The notes beneath the pieces are model-generated. The model saw only the letters and a list, made by a program, of their open reading frames with translations. It was not told the DNA's origin and ran no database searches. Position numbers and translations under genes: made by a program. 64,000 nucleotides of DNA from the NCBI GenBank assembly GCA_036262835.1, contig DATAID010000084.1:9360-73359 (forward strand), given 5' to 3'. The stretch's first letter is position 1. The number at the start of each line of letters is the position of its first letter. The DNA comes from Burkholderiales bacterium. Its GTDB lineage: Bacteria; Pseudomonadota; Gammaproteobacteria; Burkholderiales; SG8-39. Of this stretch, positions 1 through 9,213 are shown one piece after another.

Positions 1-1539
1 CTCGACCCGGACGCTCTCGCCGGAATCCTCCATGCTCACTTCCACGGCGGTCCCTTCCTGGGAGAACTTGGCCGCATTGGACAGCAGGTTGGTCATCACC
101 TGCAGCACGCGCTTGCGGTCGGCGTTCACCTTGACCGTCGGCAGCGGCACGGGAGTGGCGAGCCGCACCTTGAAACGCTCGGCGAAGGCGCGGTTGAGCG
201 TCAGCGATTCGCCCACCAGGTCGCCGAGCTCGAGCACCTCGGGCAGGAGCGTCAGCTTGCCCGACTCGATCTTCTCCACGTCGAGGATGTCGTTGATCAG
301 GTCGAGCAGGCGCTGGCCGTTGCGCTCGGCGATCGTGGTGAGCTCGAGAACCTCCTTGTCGACATCGCCGAGCACGCCGGAGTTGATGAGCTGCAGCGAT
401 CCGATGATCGAGGTGAGCGGCGTGCGCAGCTCATGGCTGAGCGTCGAGGTGAATTCCTGCTTCATGCGCTCAGCCTCGATCTGCTGGGTCATGTCGCGTC
501 CCTGGCCGATGACCGAGATGACGCGGTTCTCGGTATTGACGAGCGGCGTCAGGTTCCACTCGCAGACGATTTCCGCGCTGTCGCGCCGGACCGTGGCGAC
601 GCGGATGCCGAAGCGCGGCTCGCGCTTCTGGATCATCTCGCGCCAGCGCTCGGTGATGTCGCCCTGCACGGCGCTCGGAAAGAGGATGTCGGTTCCCGCC
701 CGGCCCACGACCTCGCCGGCGCTGTAGCCGAACAGGTGCTCGGCGGCGGGATTCATGCTGAGGACCGTGCCCTGCGGGTCGAACTCGAAGACCGCAATCG
801 GCGAGCGCTCGGCGAAGAGCGCGAGCTTGCGGCCCGAGGTCTCGACCTGGCGGCGCGCGTCCTCGAGCTGCACGAGCTGCTGCTCGAGGCGCTGGTTTAG
901 CGCCGTGTAGTCCTCGGTCAGCTTGCCGTACGCATGTCGCAGCCGGTAGCCGGAATCGAAGACCTGGCTCAGGCGATAGGCGACGCCGACCGTCACGGCG
1001 TAGAACGCGGGCACGAGGAGGGCGATCTCGACGAAGAGCTTGTTGCCGAAGCTCGCCAGCACGTAGGTGAACGGAAAAAGGATCGCCGCGGCATAGGTCG
1101 CATAGATGAGCCAGGACACGGCATAGAGCGGGATGCCGCCCGCGACCAGGCCGGTGATCAAAAACGAGAGGAAGACCTGCTGCTCGTCGGCGTGGGAGGG
1201 GAAGAAGATGGCGCCGGCGAAGCCCCAGGTGGTGCCGTCTGCGAAAGCGCTGATGCCGAGCCAGCGCAGCCACTGGCCGGCTTCGGCGAGCCGATCGGTG
1301 CTCTTGCGGTAGCCCCAATAGAGCGCGATCCGGGCCGCGGTGAGGAGCGCGACCATGCCGCCCCAGAACCAGATCAGCAGGTTCCACTCGAACTGGGCGA
1401 TGCGGCTGCCGCGCAGCTCGTAGATGGCCACCAGGCTCACCAGCCCGGTCGCGATGATGGCGAGGGGCAGCTGGCTATAGAGCTGCTCGACGCGGTCGGC
1501 AAGGACGCGGCGCGGGTCGGCGGACTGGGCTGGATTCAT
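1..1539 (-). CDS. Membrane-bound PAS sensor histidine kinase (C-terminal end runs off the left edge)
   Basis: My own minus-strand translation from ATG at 1539 reads MNPAQSADPRRVLADRVEQLY... It has several hydrophobic segments, a PAS-like block (FEFDPQGTVLSMNPAAEHLFGYSAGEVVG), the H-box STLSHELRTPLTSI and the start of an HATPase domain (VLQVMTNLLSNAAKFS). It is absent from the ORF track because no stop lies inside the window. No Shine-Dalgarno precedes the ATG, so the start is uncertain. Confidence 0.8.
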   Translation of the reverse strand, partial: MNPAQSADPRRVLADRVEQLYSQLPLAIIATGLVSLVAIYELRGSRIAQFEWNLLIWFWGGMVALLTAARIALYWGYRKSTDRLAEAGQWLRWLGISAFADGTTWGFAGAIFFPSHADEQQVFLSFLITGLVAGGIPLYAVSWLIYATYAAAILFPFTYVLASFGNKLFVEIALLVPAFYAVTVGVAYRLSQVFDSGYRLRHAYGKLTEDYTALNQRLEQQLVQLEDARRQVETSGRKLALFAERSPIAVFEFDPQGTVLSMNPAAEHLFGYSAGEVVGRAGTDILFPSAVQGDITERWREMIQKREPRFGIRVATVRRDSAEIVCEWNLTPLVNTENRVISVIGQGRDMTQQIEAERMKQEFTSTLSHELRTPLTSIIGSLQLINSGVLGDVDKEVLELTTIAERNGQRLLDLINDILDVEKIESGKLTLLPEVLELGDLVGESLTLNRAFAERFKVRLATPVPLPTVKVNADRKRVLQVMTNLLSNAAKFSQEGTAVEVSMEDSGESVRVE

Positions 1540-1546
1540 GGATAAG

Positions 1547-1576
1547 AAAAAACGCCCCGCGATTATAGGGGAGGCG
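1547..1576 (-). terminator. Candidate rho-independent terminator after lexA
   Basis: The minus strand reads CGCCTCCCC-TATAATCGC-GGGGCG followed by TTTTTT, about 50 nt downstream of the lexA stop. The stem is imperfect. The loop carries a perfect TATAAT that could instead be the -10 of the kinase gene. Confidence 0.45.
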
Positions 1577-1626
1577 CGAATCCGGCACGCCGCGGAATGC
1601 GGCGCGCTGACAGAGTCTTGCGCGGC

Positions 1627-2256
1627 TTACAGACTTTTGCCGCTGCGGATGACGCCGACCCCCAGGCCTTCGATGGCGAACTCGGCGCTGCGGGCGTCGA
1701 CTTCGATCGGCTCGAAGTCCGGATTCTCGGGCAGGAGCTGCAGGCTGTTGCCGCGGCGCCGGAGGCGCTTGACGGTGACCTCATCGCCCAGGCGCGCGAC
1801 CACGATCTGGCCGCTGCGCACGTCCTGGGTGCGATGCACGGCGAGCAGGTCGCCTTCGAGGATGCCGGCGTCGCGCATCGACAGCCCGCGCACCTGCAGA
1901 AGATAGTCGGCGCGCGGCGTGAAGAGGTTCGGATCGACCTGGTAGCGGGCCTGCACGTTTTCCTCGGCGAGCATCGGGCTCCCCGCCGCCACGCGCCCGA
2001 TCACGGAGAGCTCGAGCAACCGGCCCACTTTCGGCCCGCCGCGCTCGCGCAGCTTGATGCCGCGCGAGGCGCCCGAGGAGATTTCCAGCGCGCCCTTGCG
2101 CTCGAGGGCGCGCAGGTGCTGCTCGGCGGCGTTGACCGAGCGAAAGCCCATGCGCTCGGCGATTTCGGCGCGCGTCGGAGGAAAACCCGATACCTCGGTC
2201 AGTTCCTTGATGAGCCGCAGGATCTCGGTCTGCCGTTCGGTGAGCGGTTCGCTCAT
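1627..2256 (-). CDS. lexA: LexA repressor (SOS regulator), 209 aa
   Basis: Translation begins [38 protein letters not shown] (winged-helix N-domain). It has the Ala-Gly cleavage site GRVAAGSP, catalytic Ser in GLSMRDAGI and Lys in VKRL. Start is set at the internal ATG 2256, preceded by GGAG 7 nt upstream; the track ORF extends to 2328. Confidence 0.95.
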   Translation of the reverse strand: MSEPLTERQTEILRLIKELTEVSGFPPTRAEIAERMGFRSVNAAEQHLRALERKGALEISSGASRGIKLRERGGPKVGRLLELSVIGRVAAGSPMLAEENVQARYQVDPNLFTPRADYLLQVRGLSMRDAGILEGDLLAVHRTQDVRSGQIVVARLGDEVTVKRLRRRGNSLQLLPENPDFEPIEVDARSAEFAIEGLGVGVIRSGKSL

Positions 2257-2272
2257 GCGCGTCTCCGGGCTA

Positions 2273-2288
2273 CTGTGCCCTTGTTCAG
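2273..2288 (-). promoter_or_regulatory. SOS box (proximal), CTGAACAAGGGCACAG on the minus strand
   Basis: CTG-N10-CAG spacing matches the beta/gammaproteobacterial LexA box CTGT-N8-ACAG. One half-site is exact (ACAG); the other is CTGA. It lies 17 nt upstream of the lexA ATG. Confidence 0.6.
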
Positions 2289-2290
2289 TG

Positions 2291-2306
2291 CTGGCATTAT
2301 ATCCAG
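2291..2306 (-). promoter_or_regulatory. SOS box (distal) with embedded -10, TACTGGATATAATGCCAGCA
   Basis: The minus strand reads CTGG-ATATAATG-CCAG, which is palindromic with an AT-rich core. A perfect TATAAT (2296-2301) sits inside the box, and TTTGCG lies 17 nt upstream as a possible -35. Confidence 0.7.
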
Positions 2307-2324
2307 TAGCCAGAAACGCGCAAA

Positions 2325-2957
2325 TCACTGCCGTTCACCCTCGATGAGGGCCGGCTCGTCGTTGCGGGCGTTGTTGACCGCCCGGCTCACCCGGCGGATG
2401 GCAATTGACGCCTCGGGGCAGGGGCGCAGCAGCCCCTCCTGTCCCCCGAGCCAGGCGGCGTAGTCGGCCCGCGCGACGATCACCGGCATGCGATCGTGCA
2501 CCGCTGCCATCTTCGCGTTCGCCTCGGTCGTGATGACGGCGCAGGTCTGCAGGTCGCGCCATTGCTCCCAGAGGCCGGCGAAGGCGAAAAGCTCGCCCTC
2601 CGCCGGGTGTACGTAGTAGGGCTGGCGCAGGCCGAACTCGGACTTCCATTCGTAGAAGCCGCTTGCCGGAATCAGGCAGCGCCGGCTGCGGTAGGCGTCG
2701 CGAAACGCGGGCTTCTCGGCCACCGTCTCGGCGCGCGCGTTGTTCATGCGCGCCCCCATCGACGGATCCTTGGCCCAATGCGGCACCAGCCCCCAGCGCA
2801 CGTTTGTGGCAACGGCGGCGTCGCCGGCTCGGCGCACGATCAGCACGGGCATCGTCGGCGCGATGTTGTAGTGCGCGTCGAATGGCGGAAGAGCGGCGAG
2901 CCCGAACTGGAGCTTCACCACGTCCGGATGCGCATGGAGGGCGAAACGGCCGCACAT
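2325..2957 (-). CDS. SOS-response-associated peptidase (SRAP; YedK/HMCES family), 210 aa
   Basis: The N-terminus is MCGRFAL, with the invariant Cys2. Family-typical blocks follow: [42 protein letters not shown]. Confidence 0.9.
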   Translation of the reverse strand: MCGRFALHAHPDVVKLQFGLAALPPFDAHYNIAPTMPVLIVRRAGDAAVATNVRWGLVPHWAKDPSMGARMNNARAETVAEKPAFRDAYRSRRCLIPASGFYEWKSEFGLRQPYYVHPAEGELFAFAGLWEQWRDLQTCAVITTEANAKMAAVHDRMPVIVARADYAAWLGGQEGLLRPCPEASIAIRRVSRAVNNARNDEPALIEGERQ

Positions 2958-2960
2958 GGC

Positions 2961-3002
2961 GGGGATTATGAAGGGGATTGAAAGGGTATTCCCGCGGGTA
3001 TT
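2961..3002. repeat. Four phased direct repeats GGGKATT in the SRAP/pncB divergent intergenic region
   Basis: GGGGATT occurs at 2961 and 2973, and GGGTATT at 2984 and 2996. Start-to-start spacing is 12, 11 and 12 nt. The last two units are the 10-mer GGGTATTCCC repeated. Confidence 0.6.
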
Positions 3003-3019
3003 CCCTTTAGAATCGAAGC

Positions 3020-4204
3020 ATGATCATCGAGTCGCTGCTCGACACCGACCTGTACAAGTTCACGATGATGCAGGTCGTGCTGCACCATTTTCCGGGCGCG
3101 CAGGTCGAGTACGTCTTCAAGTGCCGCACCCCGGACGCGGATCTCGGGCCGCACGTGGCCGACATCCAGGCCGGGATCGCCGACCTCTGCAAGATGCGCT
3201 TTCACGAGGCGGAGCTCGCCTACCTGCGCGGCCTGCGCTTCATGAAGTCCGACTTCGTCGATTTCCTCGGCCTGTTTCACTTCAACGAGAAGTACATCGA
3301 GGTCAAGCGCGTCCCTCACGAGCCCGGGCTCGAGATCACCATCCGCGGGCCCTGGCTGCACACGATCATGTACGAGATCCCGGTGCTAGCGATCGTTTCC
3401 GAGGTCTATTTCAAGCGCACGCAGCGCCAGCCCAATCTCGCGGAGGGCCGCAGGCGCCTCAAGGCGAAGATCGACCAGGTGCGCGGGCTGGAGCCCGGAT
3501 TGCCCTTTCGAATCTCCGACTACGGCACGCGCCGGCGCTTTTCGCGCGGCTGGCACGACGAGCTGATCGCCACCTTCAAGCGCGAGATCCCGGAGCGCTT
3601 CGCCGGGACCTCGAACGTGTGGCTGGCGATGAAGCACGGCGTCACGCCGCTCGGCACCATGGCGCACGAGTACATGCAGGCCTGCCAGGCGCTCGGCCCG
3701 CGCCTGCGCGATTCGCAGATCTATGCCTTCGACGTCTGGGCCAAGGAATACCGGGGCGACCTCGGCATCGCGGTCGCCGACACCTACGGCACCGACGCGT
3801 TCCTGCGCGATTTCGACATGTATTTCTGCAAGCTGTTCGACGGCGCGCGCCACGACTCGGGCGATCCGTTCGCATGGGGCGAGCGCATGATCGAGCACTA
3901 CCGCCGCAACCGGGTCGATCCGCGCACCAAGACGCTCATCTTCTCCGACCAGCTCTCGGTGCCGCTCGCGATCGACATCGCCAGGCGCTTCCAGGGCCGC
4001 GCGCTGACCTCCTTCGGCATCGGCACCAACCTCACCAACGACCTGGGCTACGAGCCGATCAATATCGTCATCAAGATGACCGAGTGCAACGGCCAGCCCG
4101 TCGCCAAGGTGTCCGACGCGCCGGGCAAGACGGTCAGCAAGGACCCGGGCTATCTCGCTTACCTTCGGCAGGTGTTCGGCCTGGAAAAAGTGGAGTCCGA
4201 CTAG
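3020..4204 (+). CDS. pncB: Nicotinate phosphoribosyltransferase, 394 aa
   Basis: Translation begins [25 protein letters not shown]. Later blocks include GTRRRFS and [11 protein letters not shown], and the length is typical of PncB. Confidence 0.9.
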   Translation: MIIESLLDTDLYKFTMMQVVLHHFPGAQVEYVFKCRTPDADLGPHVADIQAGIADLCKMRFHEAELAYLRGLRFMKSDFVDFLGLFHFNEKYIEVKRVPHEPGLEITIRGPWLHTIMYEIPVLAIVSEVYFKRTQRQPNLAEGRRRLKAKIDQVRGLEPGLPFRISDYGTRRRFSRGWHDELIATFKREIPERFAGTSNVWLAMKHGVTPLGTMAHEYMQACQALGPRLRDSQIYAFDVWAKEYRGDLGIAVADTYGTDAFLRDFDMYFCKLFDGARHDSGDPFAWGERMIEHYRRNRVDPRTKTLIFSDQLSVPLAIDIARRFQGRALTSFGIGTNLTNDLGYEPINIVIKMTECNGQPVAKVSDAPGKTVSKDPGYLAYLRQVFGLEKVESD

Positions 4205-4207
4205 CCC

Positions 4208-5413
4208 TTGGGCCGAACCGCGGTCGCGGTACTGGCCGTCTGCTTCGTTCTCAACATGCTCGGCCGCGGCCTGGGCGACGGCTACGCGGTGTTCATCCTG
4301 CCGCTCGAGCATGACTACGGCTGGTCGCGCTACCAGCTGACGAGCGTCTACTCGGTGTTCCTGCTGGTGAGCGGGTTTGCCGCGCCGCTCATCGGCCTGC
4401 TCTTCGATCGCCTGGGACCGCGCGTCGTCTATGGCTGCGGGCTCGCGCTGATCGGCAGCGCCTATTTCGCCGCGAGCCGGCTCGAGCAGCTCTGGCAGTT
4501 CTACCTGCTGATCGGCGGGGCGGTCGGCGTCGGCGTGGCGATGACCGGCATGGTGCCCGCCTCGGCGATGCTGTCGCGCTGGTTCCATTCGCAACTTTCG
4601 CGGGCGATCGGCATCGCCTTCTCGGCCACCGGCGTCGGCATCATCGTCTTCGTGCCGATCGCCCAGGCGCTGGTGCAGCACCATGGCTGGCGTTCGGCCT
4701 ACCAGATGCTCGGCACCGTCCTTCTCATCCTGCTGCCGATCGTGCTCTTCCTGCTGCCCTGGGGCCGCTTCGCCGCGGGTCGGCCGCCGGAACGCGCGAG
4801 CCAGCTGCCTTCCGCAGGCGACGAGTGGACGCTGCGCAAGGCGATGAAGACCCGCATCTACTGGGGCATGGTGCAGGGGTTCTTTTTCACCGCGCTGGGA
4901 ATGTTCGAGATCTTCGTGCAGCTCGTCGCTTTCCTCGTCGATGCGGGGTTCCCGCCGCTCACGGCCGCGACGGCCTACGGCATCTGCGGCATGCTCTCGG
5001 CGGGCAGCGTGATGGGCAGCGGATTCCTCACCGACCGCTTCGGCTCGCTGCGGGTTGTGATGGCGAGCTTCGCGGGCACGATGGCGGGGATGGCGCTGCT
5101 GCTCGTGATCGCGAAATATCCCTCGATGCCGCTGCTGGCCGCGTTCGTGCTCGTCTTCGGCGCCTCGCTCGGCGTGCGCGGCCCGATCATTTCCTCGATC
5201 TGCACCCGCCAGTTCGCCGGGCCGCGCCTGGCGACGATCTACGGCACCGTGTTCTGCACCAATTCGCTAGGCGCCGCGCTCGGCTCGCTCGTCGGCGGGG
5301 TGCTGCACGACCTTTCGGGCGGATATGCGGCGGGGCTCGCGTTTTCCCTCTGCTCGATCGCGCTCGCCTCGATGCCGTTCTGGACGGTGCCGGCGCTGCG
5401 CAATGCCCGGTAG
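4208..5413 (+). CDS. MFS transporter, 401 aa
   Basis: About 12 hydrophobic segments are visible. It has an MFS-type N-half loop (LFDRLGPRVV) and a central hydrophilic loop. The TTG start lies 4 nt after the pncB stop. Confidence 0.8.
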   Translation: MGRTAVAVLAVCFVLNMLGRGLGDGYAVFILPLEHDYGWSRYQLTSVYSVFLLVSGFAAPLIGLLFDRLGPRVVYGCGLALIGSAYFAASRLEQLWQFYLLIGGAVGVGVAMTGMVPASAMLSRWFHSQLSRAIGIAFSATGVGIIVFVPIAQALVQHHGWRSAYQMLGTVLLILLPIVLFLLPWGRFAAGRPPERASQLPSAGDEWTLRKAMKTRIYWGMVQGFFFTALGMFEIFVQLVAFLVDAGFPPLTAATAYGICGMLSAGSVMGSGFLTDRFGSLRVVMASFAGTMAGMALLLVIAKYPSMPLLAAFVLVFGASLGVRGPIISSICTRQFAGPRLATIYGTVFCTNSLGAALGSLVGGVLHDLSGGYAAGLAFSLCSIALASMPFWTVPALRNAR

Positions 5414-6127
5414 CTACGCCGCGGCCGACACGCCGCGGATCCCGTGTTTCTCGATCGTGCGCCCGACGAAACCGCTTTTTTTGATGTCGGCGACGAACTC
5501 ATGCAGGTAGTCCGCGCCGCCGTGACCCTTGGGCGTGCCGACCGCCTGCTGCACCGAGGTGAACTGGCCCTCGAGGATCCGGGAGCCGGGCAGGGCTTCG
5601 ACATCGCTCAGCAGGCGCGCCTTCAGGCCCGCGAGCGCGTCGAGCTTTTCCCGAACGAAGAGGTCATACGAACCCTGGATTCCGCCGTCGGCGCGAACGA
5701 GCGTGGCGTTCTTGATGTTGCGGGTGAGATACAGGTCGTAGGCGGCTTTGCTGGCGACCGCGATGCGCACGCCTTTGCGGTCGACGTCCTCGAGCTTGCG
5801 GATCGCCGAGCCGGCCGGGACGAGATAGGTGGCCGGGATCTCCAGGTAAGCGGTCGTGAACTGGATCTCCTGCGCGCGCTGCGGCTCGGCGCCGAGGAAG
5901 CCGACGTCCCAGGCGCCGCTCGAGGCGGAATCGGCAAGCTGTCCGGCGCCGGGGTAGTGGATGAACTCCACGGGCGCGCCGATGCGCTTGCCAAGCTCCG
6001 CGGCGAGGTCGGCGACGATTCCTCGAATGCTCCCGTCCGGATTTTTCTGCACCAGGAGAAAGTTGCCGTGGTTGACGCCGACGCGGAGGGTGCCGGACGG
6101 GGCGAGCTGGGATTTCGCGTTGCTCAT
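5414..6127 (-). CDS. Solute-binding-protein family 3-like protein without signal peptide, 237 aa
   Basis: TLRVGVNHGNFLLVQKNPDGSIRGIVADLAAELGKRIG... follows a polar amino-acid SBP-like two-lobe pattern. The N-terminus [12 protein letters not shown] has no hydrophobic leader. The start overlaps the upstream gene's stop (ATGA at 6124-6127). Confidence 0.7.
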   Translation of the reverse strand: MSNAKSQLAPSGTLRVGVNHGNFLLVQKNPDGSIRGIVADLAAELGKRIGAPVEFIHYPGAGQLADSASSGAWDVGFLGAEPQRAQEIQFTTAYLEIPATYLVPAGSAIRKLEDVDRKGVRIAVASKAAYDLYLTRNIKNATLVRADGGIQGSYDLFVREKLDALAGLKARLLSDVEALPGSRILEGQFTSVQQAVGTPKGHGGADYLHEFVADIKKSGFVGRTIEKHGIRGVSAAA

Positions 6128-7275
6128 GGTTTGGAGATCGCTTTCAGTTTTTTCTTCCGTTCGTTCAGGGAACAGCCTCTCAAGTCGGCAGCGCCGAGCT
6201 CGGTGACGACGACCCCCGTCTCGCTTCTCGGCGTGGCCACCGGACCGGAAAGATTCTCCACAATTCGGGCGGCGGGGATCAACGTCAGCGACACGCCCCC
6301 GCGCGACTGATTCGCGGCGCGCACGAAGTCGAGCGCCCCGCCCACGGCGCCCAGATAGCTGCCGCGCGCGACTTCCGCGTTGACCTGGCCGGTCAGGTCG
6401 ACCTCGATCGCCGAATTGACGGCGACGAAGCGCTCGATGCCCGCGAGCACGCGCGGGTCGTGGGTGTGTTCGACCGAGCGCAGGCGGATGCGCGGATTTT
6501 CGCGCGCGGCCTCGAAGAGCTTGCGGGTGCCGATGAGCATGGCGGCGGTGACGGCGTCTGCCGAGCCCGAGGCGAGGAGGTCCGCGACGCCGTCGCCGAT
6601 CGTTCCGGAATGCACGGCAAGGCCTTTGCGGCCCCCGAGCTCGGCGCAGATCGCGTCCGGCAGCGCGCCGAGCCCGAATTCCAGGGTCGCTCCATCGGGA
6701 ACGAACGCGGCGGCGTTTTGGGCGATTCTCTTCTCGACCTCGCCCGATTTCGAAACGGGCGCAGGCGCCGGGTCGCGCGAGCTCTGAACAACGAGGGTGA
6801 GGTCATTTGCTTTCAAAACTCTTTCCGTGTGCGTCCAAGGCACTTTGTCGTTCACTTCGGCGACCACGGATCGTGCCGTCGATAACGCTGGAACCAGATA
6901 GTCCGCCGCGAGCCCGAGGCTGTATTCGCCCCGGGAATTCGGCGGGCTCACCTGCACGAGCACGACGTCGCAGGGAATCTTTCCCTCGCGGATGAGGGCG
7001 CCGAGCCGGGAGTAAGGGTGCGGGTGGATGTCGAGCACGCCCGCATCGGCGAGCGCGCGGTTGTGGCCCGAGCCGCAGTACGCGGAGAGCCGCAGATGGT
7101 CGGCGTGTCCGGGCCGGACGATGCCCGAATAGTTGACGCCGAGAAAAACGCGCGCGCCGGAAAACGCAGCGCGCTGATCGACGAGCGCCTCGGCGAGCGT
7201 CTGTGGCTCGGCGCAGGCCTGGCCGATCACGATGCCGTCGCCCGCGCGCACGATGCCGGTGAGGTCGGGCCGCAT
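6124..7275 (-). CDS. Acetyl-CoA hydrolase/transferase-family protein (CoA-transferase), 383 aa
   Basis: Family-like blocks are [60 protein letters not shown] and [10 protein letters not shown]. Confidence 0.7.
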   Translation of the reverse strand: MRPDLTGIVRAGDGIVIGQACAEPQTLAEALVDQRAAFSGARVFLGVNYSGIVRPGHADHLRLSAYCGSGHNRALADAGVLDIHPHPYSRLGALIREGKIPCDVVLVQVSPPNSRGEYSLGLAADYLVPALSTARSVVAEVNDKVPWTHTERVLKANDLTLVVQSSRDPAPAPVSKSGEVEKRIAQNAAAFVPDGATLEFGLGALPDAICAELGGRKGLAVHSGTIGDGVADLLASGSADAVTAAMLIGTRKLFEAARENPRIRLRSVEHTHDPRVLAGIERFVAVNSAIEVDLTGQVNAEVARGSYLGAVGGALDFVRAANQSRGGVSLTLIPAARIVENLSGPVATPRSETGVVVTELGAADLRGCSLNERKKKLKAISKP

Positions 7276-7337
7276 GCGAGGATGCTAACGCATGTCGCGA
7301 TGCTAAGATCGCAGCTCGCTTTTCCCTCGGAGACGAA

Positions 7338-7919
7338 ATGCTCGACGACCGGTCGCTCGACATCATTTTTCGCCAGGCGCGCACTCAGAACGGCCTTACC
7401 GGCGCGGTGAGCGACGCGCAGCTGCGCGCGCTCTACGATGTTCTGAAGATGGGCCCCACCACGATGAACACGCAGCCCGCGCGCTTCGTGTTCGTGCGCT
7501 CGAAGGAGGCGAAGGAGAAGCTGCGCCCGGCGCTCAGCCCCGGCAATCTCGACAAGACGATGGCCGCGCCGGTCACCGTGATCGTCGCCTACGACACGCG
7601 CTTCTACGAATTCCTGCCGAAAACCTTTCCGAACAACCCGAACGCGAAAGCGGTGTTCGAGGGCAAGGACGAGACGAACAGGATCGTCTGCCTGCGCAAC
7701 GGCTCGCTGCAGGGCGCCTACCTCATCATCGCGGCGCGCGCCATGGGCATCGACACCGGGCCGATGTCGGGCTTCGATAACGCGAAGGTGGATGCCGCGT
7801 TCTTTCCCGACGGGCGCTGGAAGTCAAATTTCCTCTGCAACCTTGGCAAGGGCGACCCGGCGAAGGTCTTTCCGCGCAATCCGCGCCTGACCTTCGAAGA
7901 GGCCTGCCGCATCGAGTAG
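7338..7919 (+). CDS. RutE-like nitroreductase-family protein (malonic semialdehyde reductase family), 193 aa
   Basis: It resembles RutE-type proteins over its full length as I recall them: [45 protein letters not shown]. No other rut genes are nearby. Confidence 0.75.
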   Translation: MLDDRSLDIIFRQARTQNGLTGAVSDAQLRALYDVLKMGPTTMNTQPARFVFVRSKEAKEKLRPALSPGNLDKTMAAPVTVIVAYDTRFYEFLPKTFPNNPNAKAVFEGKDETNRIVCLRNGSLQGAYLIIAARAMGIDTGPMSGFDNAKVDAAFFPDGRWKSNFLCNLGKGDPAKVFPRNPRLTFEEACRIE

Positions 7920-7921
7920 CC

Positions 7922-8779
7922 ATGAGGAAAATCGCCTTCAGGCAGGTCGACGTCTTCACGCGGGTGCCGTTCAAGGGCAATCCGGTGGCCGTCGTCCTGG
8001 ATGGGAGCGGTCTTTCGGCAACCGAGATGCAGCGGATTGCCGCCTGGACCAATCTTTCCGAGACCACGTTCGTGCTGCCGCCGACGAGCGCCGCCGCGGA
8101 CTACCGGCTGCGCATCTTCACCCCGCGCCGCGAGCTTCCTTTCGCGGGCCATCCCACCATCGGCAGCGCGCATGCGGTGCTCGAAGCCGGGCTCGCCAAG
8201 CCGAAAGCGGGCAAGCTCAGGCAGGAGTGCGAGGCGGGCGTGCTCGAGCTGGCAGTCGAAGGCGAGGTGCTGTGGCTGAAAGCGCCGCCTGCCTCAATGA
8301 AGGCGCTGGAGGGCGCACGCCGGGGGGAAGTGGAAAAAACGCTGGGCGCGCGGGTGAGCGGGGCACCGGTGATCGTCACCGTGGGTCCGGTGTGGCTGGT
8401 GGCGGAGCTGGAGGACGCCGGCGCAGTCGACCGCCTGCTCCCTGACCTGACGGCGATCGGCGCCTTGACGGATTCCATTCAGGCGACCGGAATCACGGTG
8501 TTCGGCAAGGCTTCGGCAAGCGACACGGTCCATGTCCGGTCCTTCGCGCCCGCTCAAGGCATTCCGGAAGATCCCGTCTGCGGCAGCGGCAACATCAGCG
8601 TCGCCGCCGTGCGCGGAAAATCGGCCGGTCCGTATATGGCGAAGCAGGGCATGCAGCTCGGCCGCGACGGCCGCGTCTCGATCCGCTTCGAGGGCGAACA
8701 GATCCTGCTCGGCGGGAGCGCGGTGACCTGCGTGGAAGGCACCCTGCGCGTGGAAGGACAGGCCACGCGGCAGCTTTAG
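7922..8779 (+). CDS. PhzF-family isomerase-like protein, 285 aa
   Basis: Translation begins FRQVDVFTRVPFKGNPVAVVLDG, followed by TNLSETTFVLPP and, in the C-terminal half, EDPVCGSGN. The start lies 2 nt after the preceding stop. Confidence 0.8.
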   Translation: MRKIAFRQVDVFTRVPFKGNPVAVVLDGSGLSATEMQRIAAWTNLSETTFVLPPTSAAADYRLRIFTPRRELPFAGHPTIGSAHAVLEAGLAKPKAGKLRQECEAGVLELAVEGEVLWLKAPPASMKALEGARRGEVEKTLGARVSGAPVIVTVGPVWLVAELEDAGAVDRLLPDLTAIGALTDSIQATGITVFGKASASDTVHVRSFAPAQGIPEDPVCGSGNISVAAVRGKSAGPYMAKQGMQLGRDGRVSIRFEGEQILLGGSAVTCVEGTLRVEGQATRQL

Positions 8780-8780
8780 G

Positions 8781-9197
8781 ATGGATTCCCTGCCGCTCCC
8801 TTTGATCGGCTGGGCGTTCACGCTGGCGAGCGGGGCGGCGCTGCTCCTCGGCGCGTGGATGATCATCGGGGTGCACCGCAGCGGCCGCGCCGCGCGCCGC
8901 CAGCTCGAGGCGCGAGTCCTCGACGACCTGGTGCTCTTCGCCATCTGGATCCTCGGCCTTGCCGGCGGGGTCGGCGTGCTGCTGCGCAAATCATGGGCGC
9001 CCCTTGTCCTTGAGCTCTTCTGCGTCACCCTGGTGGTGCTGATCGGGCTTTCCGCCTGGAGCCGGCTGCGCGTCTCGACGCCGCCCCGCTTGCTCCTCAT
9101 CGTCAGCCTCCTTCTTTTCGCGGTGCCGATCGTGGTGCTCTGCGTGGCCACCGTGATGACGCTTCGCGGCGACGCGGCGCGCGCAGTGTTCGGATAA
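8781..9197 (+). CDS. Small integral membrane protein (4 predicted TM), 138 aa
   Basis: Four hydrophobic stretches of about 20 aa are separated by Arg-rich loops. Third codon positions are strongly G/C. The ATG lies 1 nt after the PhzF-like stop. Confidence 0.6.
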   Translation: MDSLPLPLIGWAFTLASGAALLLGAWMIIGVHRSGRAARRQLEARVLDDLVLFAIWILGLAGGVGVLLRKSWAPLVLELFCVTLVVLIGLSAWSRLRVSTPPRLLLIVSLLLFAVPIVVLCVATVMTLRGDAARAVFG

Positions 9198-9213
9198 GCG
9201 CTAGGATTCGGGC

